Positions 46,320 to 56,548 of a stretch of DNA of 64,000 bases are shown one piece after another (position 1 is the stretch's first letter; every line of letters begins with the position of its first letter). Below the pieces are notes generated by a model that made no database searches, was not told where the DNA came from, and was given only the letters and a program-made list of their open reading frames with translations. The stretch covers positions 5,975 through 69,974 of the forward strand of contig CAZICK010000002.1 in assembly GCA_964537505.1 (NCBI GenBank), given 5' to 3'. The position numbers and the translations under genes were made by a program. This DNA is from an uncultured Pirellulales bacterium. Its GTDB lineage: Bacteria > Planctomycetota > Phycisphaerae > Sedimentisphaerales > SM23-30.

Positions 46320-47834
46320 ATGGTTAAACTGACTATCGACAATCGGCAGGTGGAAGTGGCTCAGGGAGCGACGGTCCTTGAGGCGGCCTGGAAACTGGGG
46401 ATTGATATCCCGGTGCTGTGCTTTCGGCAGGGGTGTGAAGCATCTACATCGTGTATGGTGTGCGTGGTGAAGATAAACGGTCAGGACCGGCTTGTGCCGT
46501 CGTGCGCTACTGTGGCGGTGGACGGTATGCAGATAGAAAGTGAGTCGGTGGAAGTCCGGCAGGCAAGAAAGGCGGCGCTGGAACTACTGCTGAGTGATCA
46601 TCTGGGAGACTGCATAGGACCCTGCCAAAGTACGTGCCCGGCGGGAATGAATATTCCGCTGATGATCCGTCAGATCGCGGCAGGAGATATGCACGGGGCT
46701 ATCGCAACGGTCAAAGAGGATATCGCGATGCCGGCGGTACTGGGGCGGATTTGTCCGGCGCCGTGCGAGAAAGGATGCCGAAGGGCAGGTTACGATAGTG
46801 CGGTGGCAATCTGTGTGCTGAAACGATATGTGGCGGATGTCGATCTGGCGAGTGAACGGTCGTATCTGCCCGTGCGGGAGCCGGCTAAGAATAAAAAAGT
46901 CGCAATCGTCGGAGCGGGACCGGCAGGGTTGGCCGGTGCGTTTTATCTGCTGAGGAAAGGGTATGCGTGCACGATCTTCGACGAACATGAGAAAGCGGGC
47001 GGTATGCTCCGATATGGGGTCAGTGAAGATAAACTGCCACGAGATGTGCTCGATGCCGAGATCGCGTTGATTGAAAAACTCGGTGCTGAATTTTGCCTGG
47101 CGAGGAAGATTCCAACGGACGCATCGGCTGCGGGTCTGCAAAATGATTTCGACGCGGTTCTGATCGCGACCGGCGAGGGGAAAAGCTATCAGGGTTCGGG
47201 ACCGGGGGTATTTGCCGCGGGGGATGTGGCCCGCATGCGAAAATTGGCGGTGTGGGCGGTGGCTGATGGTAAAGCGGCTGCTGATTCCATAGAACAATAT
47301 CTGTCGGGTCTTGAGGTGACAGGCAGGCATAGGCCGTTTAATGTTCATATAGGCCGATTGCAGAAAGATGAGATGGCTGAATTTATGGCCGGCGCCAGCC
47401 GGGCGGAGCGAGTTGAACTGCCGGGCGATTCAAAAGAGGGACTGACCGACGAGCAGGCACGGAAGGAAGCAGGACGGTGTCTGCACTGCGATTGCCGCAA
47501 ATTAGACGAATGCAAGCTGAGACGCTACAGCGATATTTACGGTGCCAAACCGAGTAGGTATAAAGGTCAGCGGCGGCGTTTCGAACAACAACTGCAGCAT
47601 CCGGAGGTGATCTACGAACCCGGTAAGTGCATCAATTGCGGTTTGTGCGTTATTCTCGCGGCCAAAGCGTCGGAAGAACTGGGGCTGACATTTATCGGGC
47701 GAGGTTTCAACGTGCGAATCGCGGTGCCGTTTGGCGAGAGTCTCGAAAAAGGACTCAAAAAAGCCGCTGTGGAGTGTGTAAACGCCTGTCCCACCGGGGC
47801 GATTGCATTTAAGGATAGCCTATCAAAGATGTGA
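46320..47834 (+). CDS. Iron-sulfur flavoprotein: N-terminal 2Fe-2S (NuoG-like) domain + GltD-like FAD/NAD(P)-binding region + C-terminal 4Fe-4S ferredoxin motif
   Basis: MVKLTIDNRQVEV...PVLCF...CMVCVV. GltD-like CPAGMNIP...CPAPCEKGC. Rossmann motif VAIVGAGPAGLAGA. CINCGLCV...CPTGA. Confidence 0.7.
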   Translation: MVKLTIDNRQVEVAQGATVLEAAWKLGIDIPVLCFRQGCEASTSCMVCVVKINGQDRLVPSCATVAVDGMQIESESVEVRQARKAALELLLSDHLGDCIGPCQSTCPAGMNIPLMIRQIAAGDMHGAIATVKEDIAMPAVLGRICPAPCEKGCRRAGYDSAVAICVLKRYVADVDLASERSYLPVREPAKNKKVAIVGAGPAGLAGAFYLLRKGYACTIFDEHEKAGGMLRYGVSEDKLPRDVLDAEIALIEKLGAEFCLARKIPTDASAAGLQNDFDAVLIATGEGKSYQGSGPGVFAAGDVARMRKLAVWAVADGKAAADSIEQYLSGLEVTGRHRPFNVHIGRLQKDEMAEFMAGASRAERVELPGDSKEGLTDEQARKEAGRCLHCDCRKLDECKLRRYSDIYGAKPSRYKGQRRRFEQQLQHPEVIYEPGKCINCGLCVILAAKASEELGLTFIGRGFNVRIAVPFGESLEKGLKKAAVECVNACPTGAIAFKDSLSKM

Positions 47835-48102
47835 AGTTGACTAACTGTCCAAGATGCGAAACTTGCTGCCGCCAGGAAAGCTCGCAAAGCCAAAAGACAT
47901 GCGTCGTAAGAAAAAGAAACTCGACAATAATTTGTCAATAATTGTACACCCGACAAGAATAGTATCGTCTGGCCAAACGGAAGTAGGCTCTGCCCAGGTA
48001 CAACCTGCCAGGAACAATCAGCCGGGATGGCGGAATACCGTCCGGGTGGGCTTTAGTGTCCACCCACTTCCTTCAAAATGTATTCTTGATTCCCTTATGC
48101 CT

Positions 48103-48132
48103 AAAAAAACCTTGATTTGCCAAAGGCAAATC
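48103..48132 (-). terminator. Intrinsic terminator downstream of the tRNA-Cys/tRNA-Pro unit
   Basis: The minus strand reads gatttgcc-ttt-ggcaaatc, then aagg and T7. Confidence 0.55.
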
Positions 48133-48262
48133 AGATAAAAATAGGTGTAAACAATTAAATGCGTTTGTCCAATTCACGCTCAACCAGTACATCCTTCCCT
48201 ACTGGTTTTTCATCCATTGCGGCGATAGCCGCACTGTTCCACTCTCTACTTTCTCCTGCTCT

Positions 48263-48298
48263 AGTTGGCTGGCAGGGTTTGAACCCTGCCAGCCAACT
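48263..48298 (-). other. 15-bp perfect hairpin with TTCAAA loop directly abutting the tRNA-Pro 3' end
   Basis: agttggctggcaggg-tttgaa-ccctgccagccaact. The loop and closing pairs resemble a tRNA T-arm. Confidence 0.7.
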
Positions 48299-48372
48299 CG
48301 GGGCGACAGGACTTGAACCTGCGACCTCGTGACCCCCAGTCACGCGCGCTAGCCAAACTGCGCCACGCCCCG
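48298..48372 (-). tRNA. tRNA-Pro (anticodon GGG)
   Basis: Acceptor CGGGGCG/CGCCCCG, anticodon stem CGTGA/TCACG with loop CTGGGGG, T-arm GCAGG-TTCAAGT-CCTGT. 75 nt. Confidence 0.9.
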
Positions 48373-48476
48373 TACAGTTGAAATCTTCACAAGTCAGTCA
48401 TCGTAATCGGCGGTCGGCCACGGTTTTTCCGCAGCCGACAGTCAACTATCTTTCTGCTCACGAGAACTCAGCACAC

Positions 48477-48550
48477 AGGCGGCAGTGGGATTCGAACCCA
48501 CGAATAACGAATTTGCAATCCGTCGCCTTAAACCACTTGGCCATGCCGCC
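48477..48550 (-). tRNA. tRNA-Cys (anticodon GCA)
   Basis: Acceptor GGCGGCA/TGCCGCC, anticodon loop TTGCAAA, T-arm GTGGG-TTCGAAT-CCCAC. 74 nt. Confidence 0.9.
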
Positions 48551-48766
48551 CTAATATATCACCTTTAACCAGCTTACGCTGGACCTCCTTGTGTCAAGAC
48601 GATGGTATCGTGCTACTTAGTTTATATCTGCTTTTGAAGGCAATGTCAATATCCCTATTACTGAATTATGCTGTCCATTTGTAAAGGACTAAAAAAAGGC
48701 TGCGCCCGCAAGGCACAGCCCTGAATTTTCCGTTTTATCGTAAGAAATAGCTGTTCAGACTCTATT

Positions 48767-49957
48767 TCACACCGCCACACAAGCCTGTCGGCACCGGCTG
48801 CGAAGATTGTCCATCACGTTCATAAAGTTGATATATGAATCGTACGGGCTATTGTAAGGATTAAAGTACTTGTGTACGTCACCGTCGGCAAACCACTTGG
48901 TGCACATATAATAAAAATGATCGGAGGTCTGCATTTTTCGCCAATCGTCGATGATCTCCGGGTTTTCTGTCTCCTTGATCTGCTTTTCCATCTGAAAGAG
49001 TTCGTGCAGCGCGTTAGACTGCATAGCGTTACCCAGCCACGCCGACAGATCCCTTTCGATATCAGCCCAACTGACCATATGGGGCACGTCGATCTCCCCC
49101 GCGGCGTCGTAGTCCCGTATAACCTCCGATGGAGTCTTGAAATCATTATCGGGATGTTTGAATATCTCGTCGGGCAGATGTTCCAGGAAATCGAATATCC
49201 CTGTGTCTTCCCACTGGTGCTCTCCCAGCGTTTCGTAGTCCATGAAGAGGTTTACCGTGTTTCCGTTACCGTTGACATCCGATATCCAGCGTGCGAATTT
49301 CGGAGCTGTCAGCGGCCATTCCGCCCAATCTCTGTTGGAAAAGCGAAAGGCAATATCGTCACTCAATCGATAGTTTTTCAGCAGCAGCTTGATGCCGCTC
49401 ACACCTGGTGGTTTGTACACAAAATTCGGACTGCGATAACCAAGCAGATGATCCGCTCCCTCACAAAGCACTCCCTTAAATCCCATTTCTTTGATAAAAT
49501 GAGCCAGGTCGTTATTGTAAACTAATTCGGTATTTCGGAAAACAGTGGGTTCCTGCCCAAAAAGCTCACGTATTGTCTTCTGTTGCATCCGAACCTGCTC
49601 TGCAAACTCCTGCCTCGAATACAGGAACGATAAAGTGTGGTGATATGTTTCACATAGAAACTCTACACACCCCGTTTGCGCCAAAGCGTGAAACGTGCTC
49701 AACACCTCAGGAGCATATTTTTCCAACTGCTCTATCAAAACACCGGTAATACTATATGCAATCTTGAATCTGCCTCCATGCTTCTGTATCAGCTTGAGCA
49801 TCAGCCTGTTGGCCGGCAAATAGCACTTACGCGCCACTTTACAGCAGATTTCAGCGTTTTTGTAATCGTCAAAATAGTTGTGACCAGTATCAAAAACACT
49901 GTAACGACGCAAACGAAACGGTTGATGCACCTGAAAGTAAAAACATACTGATGCCAT
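48767..49957 (-). CDS. Glycoside hydrolase family 57 protein (alpha-amylase / alpha-glucan-active)
   Basis: N-terminus CFYFQVHQPFRLRRY, then FKIAYSITGVLIEQL and MDYETLGEHQW, as in GH57 (beta/alpha)7 barrels. Confidence 0.75.
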   Translation of the reverse strand: MASVCFYFQVHQPFRLRRYSVFDTGHNYFDDYKNAEICCKVARKCYLPANRLMLKLIQKHGGRFKIAYSITGVLIEQLEKYAPEVLSTFHALAQTGCVEFLCETYHHTLSFLYSRQEFAEQVRMQQKTIRELFGQEPTVFRNTELVYNNDLAHFIKEMGFKGVLCEGADHLLGYRSPNFVYKPPGVSGIKLLLKNYRLSDDIAFRFSNRDWAEWPLTAPKFARWISDVNGNGNTVNLFMDYETLGEHQWEDTGIFDFLEHLPDEIFKHPDNDFKTPSEVIRDYDAAGEIDVPHMVSWADIERDLSAWLGNAMQSNALHELFQMEKQIKETENPEIIDDWRKMQTSDHFYYMCTKWFADGDVHKYFNPYNSPYDSYINFMNVMDNLRSRCRQACVAV

Positions 49958-50134
49958 ACTTTTCTGTCCCTCGAGTGATATTATCTATATTGCCTGTCCA
50001 AGAGGCTATGTCAAAATCCACTCCGAAACGCGATTTTAAGCATTGAAACTGCCGTTTTTCGCCGTCTTGCCGGAGTGATCGAACAACTCACCGCTTTGTC
50101 CCACTCTTGGTATCCGCAAGTGCGAAGCTCAGCC

Positions 50135-51451
50135 TCATACTACCGCAGCTTCTAATACTGACTCGTAAACCGCCAGGCACTGCTTGGCCGCGTCGTCCCA
50201 GGAGAGCTTACGTACCTCAAAATTGCCGTGCTCCCGTAGCGTCGAGTGAAGCGGCGGGTGACGCAACACAGCAATGATCTTATTTGCCATCTCGTTGATG
50301 TCCCAAAAATCCACTTTCAGAGCGTGAGTGAGCACTTCTGCTACTCCACTTTGCTTACTGATCAGGACCGGAACATCATTTCTCAGTGCCTCAAGCGGCA
50401 CTAATCCGAACGGTTCCGATACCGAGGGCATCACAAACAAATCCGCCATTCGGAAGATTTTATCGACGTCGTCGCCCCGTAAGAACCCTGTGAATAAGAC
50501 TTTATGTCCAATACCCATCTCCGCGGCCATTTCGATAGTCCGCTCTACCATATCACCCGAACCAGCCATTACGAATTTAACATTGTCCATAACCTCAAGC
50601 ACTTTCTTGGCTGCTGCCAAAAAGTACTCTGGTCCTTTTTGCATAGTGATCCGTCCCAGGAACAACACGATTTTTTCGTCTTTTTGGACAGCCGGCCCAC
50701 CGGCATCGACGAAGCTTCCGCTCCTTTCGATTGCATTGTAAACCACCGAGACCTTCTCGCTGCTAATTCCATAGCGATTAACGACGATATTCTTGGTCAG
50801 ATGACTGACCGCAATCACCCTGGAGGCGTAATGAAGACCTTGTCTTTCAATGTCGTACACCATCTGGTTGACATTTTCGCCGCTACGGTCAAATTCGGTT
50901 GAATGAATGTGCACAACCAGAGGTTTTCCGGTCAGTCCGGCAATCGTTATTCCAGCCGGGTAAGTCATCCAATCATGTGCGTGGACAACATCGAACTCCT
51001 CCTCGCGCGCTATTATCGCTGCCAAACGGGCATACCGCTGCACCTCCTGGTAAAGATTGCCTCCGTAATTCGCTGACAAACCCAAGCTTTTTACATTTAG
51101 CAATTCCTTGATCGTTTCTTCTTGTATTTGCATCTCGCCCGCTAGTTGACGTAATAATTCATCATACGTGGTGTCACTCTGGTATGGCTGAATCAGAGAG
51201 TCAATGGTACGGAAACAGACAGTTGAAAACTCCTCCAGCCCGAAAAGTTTCCGTCCCGATATCTTTTGACCTATTAAAGAAGGACTGGCCAGTTTTACAT
51301 GGCTGGCGTATTCCGATGAGACAGGATGTGGTAATACAAATGTTATCTCCGCACCGTACCGGCCCATTGCACGCGTCAGCCCATAACAAGCTGTACCCAA
51401 ACCGCCCGATATAAACGGTGGAAACTCCCATCCAAGCATCAAAATTTTCAT
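50135..51451 (-). CDS. GT4-family glycosyltransferase (glycogen-synthase-like)
   Basis: MKILMLGWEFPPFISGGLGTAC at the N-terminus and the E-x7-E region PSVSEPFGLVPLEAL. Adjacent to GH57. Confidence 0.75.
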   Translation of the reverse strand: MKILMLGWEFPPFISGGLGTACYGLTRAMGRYGAEITFVLPHPVSSEYASHVKLASPSLIGQKISGRKLFGLEEFSTVCFRTIDSLIQPYQSDTTYDELLRQLAGEMQIQEETIKELLNVKSLGLSANYGGNLYQEVQRYARLAAIIAREEEFDVVHAHDWMTYPAGITIAGLTGKPLVVHIHSTEFDRSGENVNQMVYDIERQGLHYASRVIAVSHLTKNIVVNRYGISSEKVSVVYNAIERSGSFVDAGGPAVQKDEKIVLFLGRITMQKGPEYFLAAAKKVLEVMDNVKFVMAGSGDMVERTIEMAAEMGIGHKVLFTGFLRGDDVDKIFRMADLFVMPSVSEPFGLVPLEALRNDVPVLISKQSGVAEVLTHALKVDFWDINEMANKIIAVLRHPPLHSTLREHGNFEVRKLSWDDAAKQCLAVYESVLEAAVV

Positions 51452-52214
51452 CGCACCACCATCCTTAAGTTTTCCCGGCCAAGTTGCTATGCGATAAGCT
51501 ACTTCCCAAATGTAACGATGGCGTTACATATCCAATTGTCATAGGCCGACATTTCATACAGACAGCCCCTCTTAGCCCAACCCCAGGCCTCCCAAAAATA
51601 AAAGCCTGATATTATCCATGCAACTGTATTATTACCGAAAAAATCGACAAAGCAAGCATACTTTTTCAAAAATACGTCCATTTTTAAATAATTTTATTCG
51701 ATTATACGGAAATCCTTCAGTTTACCAGTGCAGCAACCCACGATCCTCATGACAAGACTGGCCAACTTTGCAGATGACACCTGTTAACATAGCGGTTTCC
51801 CGGCTTGCCGCGGCAGCAACCTACGATCTATCCGGCGAAGGTGACCAACTCCACAGGCGAAGCCGTACACCAACACGTCCCACCGTCTCCCTTGCCAGGT
51901 TTTGTATCGGCATGGACCGACCGTCAAGATTAGCAAATTTTTAATATTAGCTCTTTACGAGTAAAATCGTACGCGAAATAGTCATAAAATATTTACCTCA
52001 CTGCAAATTCTTACACAACCCTATCCGGTTTCAGTGCCTTGCCTGGCAGGCTCAACAAAATCGTTTTTATCATGTTTTCTATGAGTTATCTCTTTGAGGT
52101 TGATTATTTTGTAACCTCCACTTATACTTGACTTTCATAGTTTTTTAGGCCCAATTTTCATTCGACATGGCCTGTTGTGCGAAAGTGGGCTTTTATGTGA
52201 TTGAGGATTATCTG

Positions 52215-54182
52215 ATGTATGAAAACCTTACTTACAAGATATTGCGTAGTCATTTGGTGGACGGTCGTCTCGAAGCTGGCTGTGAAATCGGCATCCGTAT
52301 AGATCAGACCCTCACTCAGGATGCCACCGGCACAACTGCTATGCTGCTTTTTGAGTCGATGGGCGCCGGTCGTGTTGCGACCCAGCTATCTGTCAGCTAT
52401 GTCGATCACAATATGGCCATGTTTGGTCCGGAAAACCATAATGACCACCTGTATCTCCAATCGATTGCCCGAAAAATCGGCGTTTATCACAGTCGCCCGG
52501 GCAACGGTATCTGCCATCAGGTCCATCTCGAGCGGTTCGCCCGTCCCGGTGCCACCCTGCTCGGCAGCGACAGCCATACCCCTACCGCCGGTGGAATCGG
52601 CTCGCTTGCTATCGGGGCCGGCGGTCTTGATGTTGCGGCAGCTATGTGCGGCGGCCCTTTTTATCTGACCGCACCGAGAGTTATCGGCATAAGACTCACC
52701 GGGACCCTTTCCGACTGGGTCTCATCCAAGGACATAATCCTCAAGGTTCTGGGCATACTATCCACCCGCGGCAACGTGGGCTGCGTGGCTGAGTATTTCG
52801 GTCCTGGGGCAGCCTCGCTCACCGTTCCCCAGCGGGCTACTGTCACTAATATGGGTGCCGAACTGGGTGTGACCACCAGTCTTTTTCCCGCCGATGAGCA
52901 GACCGAGTCATTCCTCAAGGCTCAAAAACGTCTGGATACTTCTTATCAACCGTTGAAAGCCGACCCCGATGCCAATTATGACCGTGTTATCGAGATTGAC
53001 CTGTCTCAATTGCAGCCTATGTGTGCCTGTCCATCGTCACCTGATAACATCAAAACCATAGCTGAGTTGAAAAACGTCAGTGTCCACCAGGTTCTTATCG
53101 GCAGTTGTACCAACAGCAGTTATCGCGACCTTATGACCGTCGCTGGTATCGTCAAGAACCAAACCGTCCATTCCAATGTGGAGCTGGCAATTGCCCCCGG
53201 TTCACGTCAGGTGCTCAATATTCTCGCCCAAAATGGGTCCTTGAGCGATCTGATCGCCGCCGGGGCCAGAATTCTGGAAAGTTCCTGCGGCCCGTGTATC
53301 GGTCAGGGCCAATCTCCCGGCCATGACAAGGTCAGCGTTCGCACCTTCAACCGCAATTTCAAGGGTCGCAGCGGTACCACTGACGACCAGGTTTACCTGG
53401 TTAGCCCTGAAGTAGCGTCTGCTGCGGCTCTGACCGGCCGGCTTACCGATCCTCGCCAATTACCCGATCTGTTTGGGATCGACTATCCCCGGATCGAAGA
53501 GCTTACCGAGATACACATTGATGACTCACTGATCGAACCGCCTCTGCCGCCTGAACAGGCCCGGGGCTGTCAGGTCATCCGCTCTGATTCCATCGTTACC
53601 CCACCCACCGGCCAAGTTCCGCCCAGGCATCTCCTTGGCAAGGTATTGCTCCATTGCGGCGATAAGATTACGACCGACCATATTATGCCCGCCGGAAGCC
53701 TGCTGAAATTACGTTCCAATGTACCCGAATACGCTAAATATGTTTTCAATTGCTTCAATGAACCTGACAAGCCTTCCTTTGCCCAGCGTGCGCTGGCCTT
53801 GCGCGATGCCGGGGGGCATGGCATTATCGTAGCCGGCGACAGCTATGGGCAAGGTTCAAGCCGCGAGCACGCCGCCCTGTGTCCGATGTACCTGGGCATC
53901 AAACTGGTCATCGCAAAGACCATCGAGCGCATCCACCACGCCAACCTGATTAATTTCGCCATTACCCCGGCTACTTTCGCCGACCCGGCCGATTTCGACC
54001 GTATCAGTCAGGACGACCAACTTGAAGTATCCGATTTCCTCCAACTGCTCACCAGCGATGAGACCTTTGCTGTAAAAAACGTTACCGCCGGGTTCGAGTT
54101 CCACTGCCGGTTGAACCTGACCTGCCGCGAACGCGACATCCTCCTGGCCGGCGGCAAACTTAATTACGCCAGTAGCTTATAG
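52215..54182 (+). CDS. Aconitase-family hydratase (fused large+small domains, ~655 aa)
   Basis: DQTLTQDATG, GSDSHT, cluster cysteines in IGSCTNSS and SCGPCIGQG, swivel-domain GDSYGQGSSREHAA. Start set at ATG 52215. Confidence 0.8.
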   Translation: MYENLTYKILRSHLVDGRLEAGCEIGIRIDQTLTQDATGTTAMLLFESMGAGRVATQLSVSYVDHNMAMFGPENHNDHLYLQSIARKIGVYHSRPGNGICHQVHLERFARPGATLLGSDSHTPTAGGIGSLAIGAGGLDVAAAMCGGPFYLTAPRVIGIRLTGTLSDWVSSKDIILKVLGILSTRGNVGCVAEYFGPGAASLTVPQRATVTNMGAELGVTTSLFPADEQTESFLKAQKRLDTSYQPLKADPDANYDRVIEIDLSQLQPMCACPSSPDNIKTIAELKNVSVHQVLIGSCTNSSYRDLMTVAGIVKNQTVHSNVELAIAPGSRQVLNILAQNGSLSDLIAAGARILESSCGPCIGQGQSPGHDKVSVRTFNRNFKGRSGTTDDQVYLVSPEVASAAALTGRLTDPRQLPDLFGIDYPRIEELTEIHIDDSLIEPPLPPEQARGCQVIRSDSIVTPPTGQVPPRHLLGKVLLHCGDKITTDHIMPAGSLLKLRSNVPEYAKYVFNCFNEPDKPSFAQRALALRDAGGHGIIVAGDSYGQGSSREHAALCPMYLGIKLVIAKTIERIHHANLINFAITPATFADPADFDRISQDDQLEVSDFLQLLTSDETFAVKNVTAGFEFHCRLNLTCRERDILLAGGKLNYASSL

Positions 54183-54191
54183 TATCCACTC

Positions 54192-54776
54192 ATGAAAGTA
54201 ACAGCGTTAATATTTGATCTTGATGGTACTCTGACACGTCCTTATCTGGATTTTGGCTTGATACGGGCTGAAATCGGCAATGTCACCGGTCCGCTGCTGG
54301 AAGCTATGGATCGGATGAAACCCGATCAAAAGCAAAAAGCTCTGGATATATTGCATCGGCACGAAAAAGCCGCCGCGGAGAATTCCCAGTTGAATCCCGG
54401 CGTTCACGAAATATGTGCCTGGCTGCGTGAGCGAAAATTGGCGATCGGACTGGTTACCCGCAATCAGCGTCGTAGCGTTGAGCACATCTGCCAGGTTCAT
54501 AATCTCAGTTTCGATGGTATCGTCACCCGTGAAGACGGACCGGTCAAACCCGACCCGTTCCCGGTTCTTCAGGTCTGCCGTCTTATGAATGTCCAGCCGT
54601 CACAGTCGGTGGTAGTGGGCGATTATTTGTTCGATCTGGTCAGCGCCAGAGACGCCGGGGCCTGCAGCGTGTTGCTGAGCACGAACGAGAACTATGCCGA
54701 TTTTGCCCATGAGGCGGATTACGTTATTGCCAGCCTCAATGAATTGCCTGCCATAATCGATAATATGAATGATTAA
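54192..54776 (+). CDS. HAD-superfamily hydrolase (phosphatase-like)
   Basis: Motif I FDLDGTL, motif II VTRN, motif IV VGDYLFD. Confidence 0.75.
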   Translation: MKVTALIFDLDGTLTRPYLDFGLIRAEIGNVTGPLLEAMDRMKPDQKQKALDILHRHEKAAAENSQLNPGVHEICAWLRERKLAIGLVTRNQRRSVEHICQVHNLSFDGIVTREDGPVKPDPFPVLQVCRLMNVQPSQSVVVGDYLFDLVSARDAGACSVLLSTNENYADFAHEADYVIASLNELPAIIDNMND

Positions 54777-54796
54777 TGTTGGAGTTAAAAGTTAAA

Positions 54797-55672
54797 ATGA
54801 AAAAAAACGTTGCTGTACCAATGTTGGTTTTACCTGTACTAATCGGCTCGGCTTTCGCACGCGGCCAATGTTCTCCGGCCGAACCGCCGGCTACTCCAAA
54901 AACAGCCCAATCGTCCCCAACCTCCGGGACCGCTGAAAATACGGATAAACCGATTTCCGACCAACTAAACCGGTTGCTCGATAAAATCGAACAAGCGGGC
55001 GCCAAGCTGCAAAGCTTTCAGGCGGATATGACCTTCAAACAAAAAGACCTGTTACACGAAAGCCTTACCCTCCGTAACGGAAATTTGTATTACCGTGTGG
55101 ATAAAGATACCGTTCGTTTCCGTATTCACTTTAAGGATCTTCAACAACAGTACCTTGAAGAAGAAACTGTTGCCAAACCGGTCAAGTTTGATGAAGACTA
55201 TGCCTTCGACGGTCTGTGGGTCACCCGCCGTAACGGGCACACCAGGCAGATACAGATGTGGGAGGTCTCCAAACAGCACAGCGACAAAGAAACGTTCCGC
55301 CTTGGCAAAGGTCCGTTTCCGCTGCCCTTTGCCATCAAAAAGAAAGATGTCCTCGAGCATTTCGAAATTGAGCTTGTTGCCCCTGACCCCAATGATCCGG
55401 CCAGTACCGATCATTTGAAACTGCTGCCCAAAAAGAAAAGTCCATACGCCGAGGAATACGTTCAAATGAACCTTTGGATCTCCAACGCCGACGCCCTGCC
55501 GGTCCAGGTCAGCTACGAAAAAGACAACTATGAAATTACGACCGTAAGGTGGTCCAAAATCGAAATCGACAAAAAGATAAAAGACGAAATTTTCAAGCTC
55601 AAACCTGCCGGCAAAGGCTGGTCTGTCGAGAAAAACCCCCTGGAAGAAACACCCAAAAAACCACCGAATTAA
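54797..55672 (+). CDS. Secreted LolA-like / outer-membrane lipoprotein-sorting-like protein (hypothetical)
   Basis: Signal peptide. LQSFQADMTFKQKD...LRNGNLYY resembles LolA-fold proteins. The assignment is tentative. Confidence 0.5.
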   Translation: MKKNVAVPMLVLPVLIGSAFARGQCSPAEPPATPKTAQSSPTSGTAENTDKPISDQLNRLLDKIEQAGAKLQSFQADMTFKQKDLLHESLTLRNGNLYYRVDKDTVRFRIHFKDLQQQYLEEETVAKPVKFDEDYAFDGLWVTRRNGHTRQIQMWEVSKQHSDKETFRLGKGPFPLPFAIKKKDVLEHFEIELVAPDPNDPASTDHLKLLPKKKSPYAEEYVQMNLWISNADALPVQVSYEKDNYEITTVRWSKIEIDKKIKDEIFKLKPAGKGWSVEKNPLEETPKKPPN

Positions 55673-55775
55673 CGACCGACATAAACACATCCGACAAATC
55701 TGGGGACATCCGGCCGCCCCTCCTTCTTGCTCATGTCTTCAGTGGCATGTTTTCGGACGGCCAAACAGCTACAGA

Positions 55776-56438
55776 TTACTCATCAACCAAATCGAATGAA
55801 GTAAGCCCTGCCCGAACAGCGTACTTGGCCAACTCCACTACGTTACGAATATTCAGTTTGCGCATTATGTGCTCGCGGTGCGTAGCCACCGTCTTGCCAT
55901 CTATATTCAGACTACTGGCTACTTCCTTGGTTGTCATGCCTTCCGCCATGAGCTGAAGCACCTCCCGCTCCCGGCGGGACAGCACCGAGCAAGGCGATGC
56001 TCTATCACCCGAAAGATGATTTACATAATCATCTACTACAATACTGGTTATATCCGAACTCAGATAGGAATGGTTCGACATCACTGCCTGAATCGCATCG
56101 ACCAATTCCTCAAAAGCGCAGTTCTTCAACAGGTAACCAGACGCACCTGCTTTGAGCATATAAGAAATAAATTGCTTGTCGGAATGTATCGACAGTCCTA
56201 GCACTTTGACCTTCGGACACTCCTTTACAATCTGCCTGGTAGCGTCAATACCATTCAACACCGGCATGGTAACATCCATAAGTACTATATCCGGTGCCAG
56301 TTCCAACGCCAACTGGACCGCCGTTCGTCCGTCCCCAGCCTCACCCACCACTTCCATGTTCGGCTGTTTATCTATTAAGCTGCGCAACCCCTCCCGTATA
56401 ACACGATGATCATCAACCAACAAAATCTTTATACACAT
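55776..56438 (-). CDS. NarL/FixJ (LuxR-HTH) family response regulator
   Basis: Receiver domain ILLVDDH...DIVLMDVTMP...K. C-terminal LSRREREVLQLMAEGMTTKEVA...T.THREHIMRKL. Confidence 0.85.
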   Translation of the reverse strand: MCIKILLVDDHRVIREGLRSLIDKQPNMEVVGEAGDGRTAVQLALELAPDIVLMDVTMPVLNGIDATRQIVKECPKVKVLGLSIHSDKQFISYMLKAGASGYLLKNCAFEELVDAIQAVMSNHSYLSSDITSIVVDDYVNHLSGDRASPCSVLSRREREVLQLMAEGMTTKEVASSLNIDGKTVATHREHIMRKLNIRNVVELAKYAVRAGLTSFDLVDE

Positions 56439-56548
56439 CCTATTTAGCCCTTACTATTACAGCACCGGTTCAGCCTTGGCCAGTTTGTCTTGTTCAGACC
56501 TTCCACGTAACCCGATTATTCCCACATCCGTAAAATTTTTCCACTAAC

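Noticed and set aside
46584-47348. 254-aa minus-strand ORF
   Set aside because: It is antisense to the Fe-S flavoprotein gene, whose motifs (2Fe-2S, GltD-like, Rossmann) are clear. Its composition is Arg/Pro-rich, as expected for a shadow frame.
47979-48071. SRP (4.5S) RNA assignment for the structured stretch
   Set aside because: The conserved domain IV motifs (GGAA tetraloop context, AGCA / GNAR symmetric loop) are not present in the right arrangement.
47854-48138. 94-aa basic + strand ORF
   Set aside because: It is low-complexity and Arg/Lys-rich, with no RBS. The region is better explained as noncoding or structured RNA.
48155-48343. 62-aa minus-strand ORF
   Set aside because: It reads through the tRNA-Pro 3' half and the trailer hairpin, so it is not a plausible gene.
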